A stretch of DNA of 30,399 nt from positions 1 to 30,399 of IMG/VR virus record IMGVR_UViG_3300027963_000230; one strand, 5' to 3'. Made by a program: the position numbers and the translations under genes. Positions 26,512 through 30,399 of the stretch are shown here, in pieces. The stretch's first letter is position 1. Every line of letters begins with the position of its first letter. This DNA comes from a virus (lineage: Duplodnaviria > Caudoviricetes). The notes under the pieces are model-generated. The model did not search any database, was not told where the DNA came from, and saw only the letters and a program-made list of their open reading frames with translations.

Positions 26512-27435
26512 TTAAAGATTGAAAGCTTTCTTTACTGACACAGTCATTTGATCGAGCGTAAAGTTTCGCGCCCGAATGAACGCCCCGGTGGCTTTCTCCA
26601 TGACTTCTTGTTTATTGTAGTAAGCATGACGCATAGCGTATGCAAGATCATTAACATTTATTTTGCCTATCTCGCCTACGTGTTCGTAAATGTGCCCGGG
26701 CGCACGAATCATTTCAACAGGCAAGAGCCATGCGCAGGTGTTATCGAGAAATTCAAGTGGTCCTCCAATAGCCGGGCAGATCACAGGTCGCCCGTGTGAG
26801 ATTGCATCTTGATGCGGATAACCCCAGCCTTCAGCCCCACAGGCGGACACGAAGACATGATTCTCGCGGTGCAGATAAGCTACATCTGGTTGAGCTTCTC
26901 GAATTATTTTAATGCGGCTATCAAATACTTTGAGATGTGTACAAGTTACGCCTTGTTTTATTACCAAACGCACGTCTTCTTCATGCGGAAATGCACGAGG
27001 AAACGCATCTACGATATCTTGTGTGCGCTTGCGCTCAAAAAACGTACAGTCTTGATAGATTGTGTAGAATGTGAAGGGGCTAAACGGCGGTAGTGGTAAG
27101 GGATTATACTCAGAGGCTAGGATAATACTGCCTACTTCAAAGTTTTCATTACGAAAAATCTTTGCAGTCTCTTCGCACGTTACTACAATTTTACGTTGCG
27201 GAAAGGTCTTGATAATCTCAATATCTCGCGGCCTTAGTTTAGTTGTTTCCCAAAAACAAAGACAGTATTCTGCATCAATCGACGACGCAGGGCCGCCTAT
27301 CTCTACAAAGTATTTACCTTCTCTATCTTTAGATAATTCTGGTTTATAACCAAGACGTTTAACACATTCGGCAAAGCTATAAGCTACGCGCCCGAATGAG
27401 TTCATAGGATCAAGCGAAGGGGAGTAGATTCGCAT
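26512..27435 (-). CDS. Glycosyltransferase, GT-B (GT4-like)
   Basis: FWETT, ERK...IV.AF..AF, and HVFVS...EGWGYP..DA...G.PVI. Confidence 0.85.
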   Translation of the reverse strand: MRIYSPSLDPMNSFGRVAYSFAECVKRLGYKPELSKDREGKYFVEIGGPASSIDAEYCLCFWETTKLRPRDIEIIKTFPQRKIVVTCEETAKIFRNENFEVGSIILASEYNPLPLPPFSPFTFYTIYQDCTFFERKRTQDIVDAFPRAFPHEEDVRLVIKQGVTCTHLKVFDSRIKIIREAQPDVAYLHRENHVFVSACGAEGWGYPHQDAISHGRPVICPAIGGPLEFLDNTCAWLLPVEMIRAPGHIYEHVGEIGKINVNDLAYAMRHAYYNKQEVMEKATGAFIRARNFTLDQMTVSVKKAFNL

Positions 27436-27440
27436 AGAAA

Positions 27441-28100
27441 TTAGAAGTTAATTGAAGGATGTTTCAACTGGCAATAAGCTTTATCTGCGTAAAAATAAGC
27501 TTCATGCTTGGCTTTGTGTAAGTCTGTGCCGCGTTTTAGCGTGGCAGATCCTTCGTGATATACCGACGGAGTTACGACAGCAAACTGATGATTACCTACA
27601 GCTGCTTGACGAATGTTAAAATCTACGTCACTCCAATAAAGCGTAAAGTCTGGATCATGTCCGCCCGCTTCCCAATATCTCTTCGTGTTTATAAGAACAT
27701 AAACCTGCGCACAGTATTCAGGTATGGTGGGATGATGTGATAAGATAACGTAAGTGTTAGGCGGCGCAGTCTTTGTCGCATCTATCATCTTTAACAGATC
27801 TTCTGTCGAGATAGCGCAGTCATCGTGGCAATGTCCAACCCATTCTTCACCTTCTTCGCGCGCCTTGTGCATCACAGCACGCATATTTTGTCCCCAAGTG
27901 AGGTACAATTCGGGCATTAAAAAAACTTCGCAAGGTCTGCAAAGTTTTGTGGGGTCTATAGTTTCTTTAGGCCAAATGCGCACATGAATATCCAAAGGGA
28001 TATTTTCTATGGCTTTGTTAAGAAGCTCTGTATTATGTAATTTTGTGAATATGTTAAAAGTCACACCGCCAGAGAGCATTGAGAGGGCCAGAACTACCAA
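27441..28100 (-). CDS. Glycosyltransferase, GT-A (GT2-like)
   Basis: HDD (DxD-like), GG.DP.F.LYW.DVDF..R, and V.HEGSAT. Confidence 0.8.
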   Translation of the reverse strand: MVVLALSMLSGGVTFNIFTKLHNTELLNKAIENIPLDIHVRIWPKETIDPTKLCRPCEVFLMPELYLTWGQNMRAVMHKAREEGEEWVGHCHDDCAISTEDLLKMIDATKTAPPNTYVILSHHPTIPEYCAQVYVLINTKRYWEAGGHDPDFTLYWSDVDFNIRQAAVGNHQFAVVTPSVYHEGSATLKRGTDLHKAKHEAYFYADKAYCQLKHPSINF

Positions 28101-28336
28101 GCCTTACAACTCCAATACTTTGCACTTAGTTTTGTCCCAGGCTCTGCGCAGTTATGTCGCGCACGGAAAGAAGCTCTGCGCTCTGGAATATGTTTCTTGA
28201 TGCTCATGTTAGGATCGCCGAAACGCACAAGCTTTACGACGTTTCCTTCTTTCGCCAACACAGCAGACTTCTTTGTCTTAGTAACTGCGCTCTTAGGTTT
28301 ATTATAACCAGAGAATTTCTCGCCACGATATTCCAT
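28094..28336 (-). CDS. Small basic phage protein (DUF6321-like)
   Basis: KLVRFGDPNM.IK...P.RR.SFRARH.C......A.YWSC..W. Confidence 0.8.
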   Translation of the reverse strand: MEYRGEKFSGYNKPKSAVTKTKKSAVLAKEGNVVKLVRFGDPNMSIKKHIPERRASFRARHNCAEPGTKLSAKYWSCKAW

Positions 28337-28338
28337 AA

Positions 28339-28551
28339 TTATTCTTTGGGTAGGGCATACCAGCCCTCAGGAATTGTTATCTTGTTTTGTGATCGTACTT
28401 TCTGGCCGCTTGAATCTAAAACCCACACGCGGGCTTTTATCGACTCTGCTAAGCGCACTGGCTGCCCGTTCGGCACGTAGATTACTCTCGACGAGCAACT
28501 CGCGCTCACGAGCGTCAATGCGAGCGAGCAGATTCTGCTTAAGCTTGTCAT
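28339..28551 (-). CDS. Lipoprotein, o-spanin (Rz1)-like
   Basis: MTSLSRICSLALTLVSASC has a lipobox-like signal; overlaps 28367..28642 in another frame. Confidence 0.6.
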   Translation of the reverse strand: MTSLSRICSLALTLVSASCSSRVIYVPNGQPVRLAESIKARVWVLDSSGQKVRSQNKITIPEGWYALPKE

Positions 28552-28642
28552 CTTTTTGTGCATCTTGTGAGGTGAGATCTTTCTGCGACAGTTCATAGAA
28601 CCATCGCAGAAGTTTCATGACGAGATCTGAAAGAAAGCTCAT
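28367..28642 (-). CDS. Helical protein, i-spanin (Rz)-like position
   Basis: Amphipathic N-terminus plus coiled coil; ATGA-coupled to the upstream membrane protein. Confidence 0.5.
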   Translation of the reverse strand: MSFLSDLVMKLLRWFYELSQKDLTSQDAQKDDKLKQNLLARIDARERELLVESNLRAERAASALSRVDKSPRVGFRFKRPESTITKQDNNS

Positions 28643-28818
28643 TCTTTCGTGGACGCATCCTTTGCGAGGATCAAACCAATGCCTGCACTAACGGCAGTCA
28701 CAGTGGAGGTAAGATCAAAAGTCGTAGAGGGATCGCCATCGAACATGGCTTTCAAAGCGGCTCCGACGGCCACAAGGATAGCTCCGATTCCAGCGAGAGT
28801 AGTTTTACGATTATTCAT
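28639..28818 (-). CDS. Small membrane protein, holin-like
   Basis: MNNRKTTLAGIGAILVAVG...AGIGLILAKD has two hydrophobic helices. Confidence 0.65.
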   Translation of the reverse strand: MNNRKTTLAGIGAILVAVGAALKAMFDGDPSTTFDLTSTVTAVSAGIGLILAKDASTKE

Positions 28819-29059
28819 TTGCTTTATTTTCGTTACTGAGATGTGTGTCGAGGTATGCACGAACTGCCGTAAGGCCGCTAATTAGAGAACCTAACACAAG
28901 CGCGATTACTTCATACCAGTTCTTTGGCCCATCTTGCGAGGCCCATTCTACAAAAGACGCAGCCATTGGAGTCAATGCTGCGATTGAGAAATAAAGGGCA
29001 CCCCGAAGATGCCCATTATTTTGAAAAAACTTACCAAGAAATTCTATCAGTGTTTTCAT
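28811..29059 (-). CDS. Small membrane protein, holin-like
   Basis: Two hydrophobic segments (LYFSIAALTPMAASF and VIALVLGSLISGLTAVRAYLD). Confidence 0.65.
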   Translation of the reverse strand: MKTLIEFLGKFFQNNGHLRGALYFSIAALTPMAASFVEWASQDGPKNWYEVIALVLGSLISGLTAVRAYLDTHLSNENKANE

Positions 29060-29226
29060 TTCTTATGGCGAACAACACGATAAAGAATAATCCCGGAAGT
29101 TATGGCTGCAAAGATGGCCGCCAGAGGCGACGCTATCTCTCCGAGAAGTTGAAGATGATTTATAACGGCGCCAACTATTCCGACCGTGGCGCCTACTGAT
29201 GCTTCTGTGTTGTTTGTGTTATTCAT
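29056..29226 (-). CDS. Small membrane protein (56 aa, not in the ORF track)
   Basis: MNNTNNTEASVGATVGIVGAVINHLQLLGEIASPLAAIFAAITSGIILYRVVRHKK; ATGA overlap with the next gene; basic C-terminus. Confidence 0.7.
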   Translation of the reverse strand: MNNTNNTEASVGATVGIVGAVINHLQLLGEIASPLAAIFAAITSGIILYRVVRHKK

Positions 29227-29230
29227 CAGA

Positions 29231-29272
29231 AAAAGTAAAAGGGGCTAGATACTTTAGATACCTAGCCCCTTT
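29231..29272 (-). terminator. Intrinsic terminator
   Basis: Minus strand AAAGGGGCTAGGTAT-CTAAA-GTATCTAGCCCCTTTTACTTTT. Confidence 0.75.
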
Positions 29273-29275
29273 GTT

Positions 29276-29446
29276 TTACTTCTCCAGAGTAAGCTCGGGC
29301 TGCTGGGTCGCTTGAGCGGCTTCCATGATCTTGTCAAAGATCGGCAGTCCAACTTTAGCGTTAGCGATACCGCCAGCTTTAATGGCGATGTCGATCAGTT
29401 GCAGCACGCCGTTAGCTTCTTCAGGAGTCAGTTCGAATTTAATCAT
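29276..29446 (-). CDS. Hypothetical protein (56 aa, not in the ORF track)
   Basis: MIKFELTPEEANGVLQLIDIAIKAGGIANAKVGLPIFDKIMEAAQATQQPELTLEK, with an A/C-rich leader. Confidence 0.7.
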   Translation of the reverse strand: MIKFELTPEEANGVLQLIDIAIKAGGIANAKVGLPIFDKIMEAAQATQQPELTLEK

Positions 29447-29466
29447 TGTGGGGATGTGTTTGTTGT

Positions 29467-29859
29467 TTAGCCGAGGATGTTAGTTGACATACCATCGACG
29501 CTCGGCGGAACGTCGCTGGTAGGAAGAATGAGGGGATCGACGATTTGTTCGGCGCGTAGTGTTGCGGGAGTTGCGATGAAAGATTCTTCAGGCGCAACCA
29601 CAACAGGTTCCTCAACAACAACCGGCACCGGATTCGCCAGCTTGTAAGCCTCCACAACCGCCGGAGTCCACAACGCATTGGCGATATTCACCACCTCGGT
29701 CGGCTGGCCTTCCAGCGAGTCACCGGGATTCAGCGTATACTGCGAGGTAATCTCACTGCCAGCAACCGCGCCGCTGTTGTCGTAATCAACGCCGGTCGTC
29801 ACGAACAGCGAGTTGTTCTGGTTTACCTGCACTGCGACAATGTTGACTGGTACGATCAT
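29467..29859 (-). CDS. Tail fibre-associated small protein, paralog 2
   Basis: Start at the ATG at 29859 (ATGA overlap). Shares L.PG..L.GQP..VV.IANA.WTPA...AY with 29856..30101. Confidence 0.7.
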   Translation of the reverse strand: MIVPVNIVAVQVNQNNSLFVTTGVDYDNSGAVAGSEITSQYTLNPGDSLEGQPTEVVNIANALWTPAVVEAYKLANPVPVVVEEPVVVAPEESFIATPATLRAEQIVDPLILPTSDVPPSVDGMSTNILG

Positions 29860-30101
29860 TGGATGGTGGGTTTGAGGTTGGCGTTGTAAGCGGTAATCGC
29901 GGCAGGAGTCCAGACAGCGTTTGCTATCGCGACAACCTGCTCGGGCTGACCAGAGAGGTCTGAGCCGGGAGCGAGACAATAGCGGCGGAATGTAGAGGCT
30001 TTAACAACCTCGCCATCAACGATCTGGTCCGCAAGACGAACCTGAAGGACGGTTGAAGGAAGAACCTCGCAGAGCGAGAAAATGGTGCGTTCTGTTAGCA
30101 T
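29856..30101 (-). CDS. Tail fibre-associated small protein (assembly chaperone-like), paralog 1
   Basis: Directly downstream of the fibre C-terminus; LQVR....IVDG.....F.R..L.PG...WT pattern. Confidence 0.7.
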   Translation of the reverse strand: MLTERTIFSLCEVLPSTVLQVRLADQIVDGEVVKASTFRRYCLAPGSDLSGQPEQVVAIANAVWTPAAITAYNANLKPTIQ

Positions 30102-30105
30102 AATG

Positions 30106-30399
30106 TTAGACGTTGTAGGTGTATGTTCCGCGCAATCTGTAAGTGTTTACCCATACTGTTGCATCGTTATAAAATGACGCTCCAGTTCTTGTTGCGTCTA
30201 CATGGAATAATTGTCCCATACTTCCCGTAGCGAATGATTCTCTAAATACTCCACAAGATGAAGGAGATGATCCTTGTGAAAACGGTAATGTAAAATACAG
30301 TGCAGCACTAGCTGTTCCTGCGGCTGTAATTGTAAAATCAACTTCAAGGAAAACTCGCCTTCCTATTTTTGTATAAGTAGCACTGTTTAGTGTAACTGT
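30106..30399 (-). CDS. Tail fibre C-terminal receptor-binding domain (partial)
   Basis: Open frame from the window edge: TVTLNSATYTKIGRRVFLEVDF...FTLPF...GTYTYNV*. YTKIG..V and LPF are typical of fibre tips. Confidence 0.75.
   Translation of the reverse strand, partial: TVTLNSATYTKIGRRVFLEVDFTITAAGTASAALYFTLPFSQGSSPSSCGVFRESFATGSMGQLFHVDATRTGASFYNDATVWVNTYRLRGTYTYNV

Larger units (their letters stand above)
1..30399. mobile_element. Tailed bacteriophage genome segment (podovirus-like organisation)
   Basis: Densely packed and overlapping ORFs. A replication module on + converges on a virion/lysis module on -. No host housekeeping genes are present. Confidence 0.95.

Noticed and set aside
2790-28931. 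Other TGGCCCA occurrences (~2790, ~5704, ~13453, ~28925) as further promoter copies
   Set aside because: They lack AAGCTCC at the fixed spacing.
23396-30399. Diversity-generating retroelement or invertible tail-fibre cassette
   Set aside because: No reverse transcriptase, recombinase or template/variable repeat pair was seen; AT-rich fibre tips are explained by ordinary module exchange.
1-30399. Alternative genetic code / stop-codon reassignment
   Set aside because: Standard-code ORFs tile both modules with few gaps, and the polA halves are separated by whole genes rather than by an in-frame stop.

Overview
The window is a continuous piece of a tailed dsDNA bacteriophage genome, podovirus-like by gene order. 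The + strand (1-10994) carries early and replication genes: a DenV-like glycosylase, an SLT/lysozyme-like protein, a Cas4-like exonuclease with a Sak4-like ATPase and putative SSB, a family A DNA polymerase split into two genes with an ATP-dependent ligase and a hypothetical gene between the halves, and a DUF3987-type helicase. It converges at a bidirectional terminator (~11001-11040) with a - strand late module. That module holds a 1866-aa polyvalent ejection-type protein (zincin and ADP-ribosyltransferase modules), internal virion proteins, tail nozzle, adaptor, fibre and spike genes, two glycosyltransferases, and holin- and spanin-like genes. Capsid, portal, terminase, integrase and primase were not recognised in the window. 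The most notable points are: the intein-free split UDG-exo/PolA with His at position 762; a ligase with ASFV-type active-site substitutions; three copies of a sigma54-geometry motif (TGGCCCA-N4-AAGCTCC); a structured RNA upstream of polA; R(Y/L)QR-delimited ~190-aa cassettes in the giant protein; and a catalytically dead metallophosphoesterase fused to the tail nozzle. All family calls come from motif recognition by eye; no searches were run.
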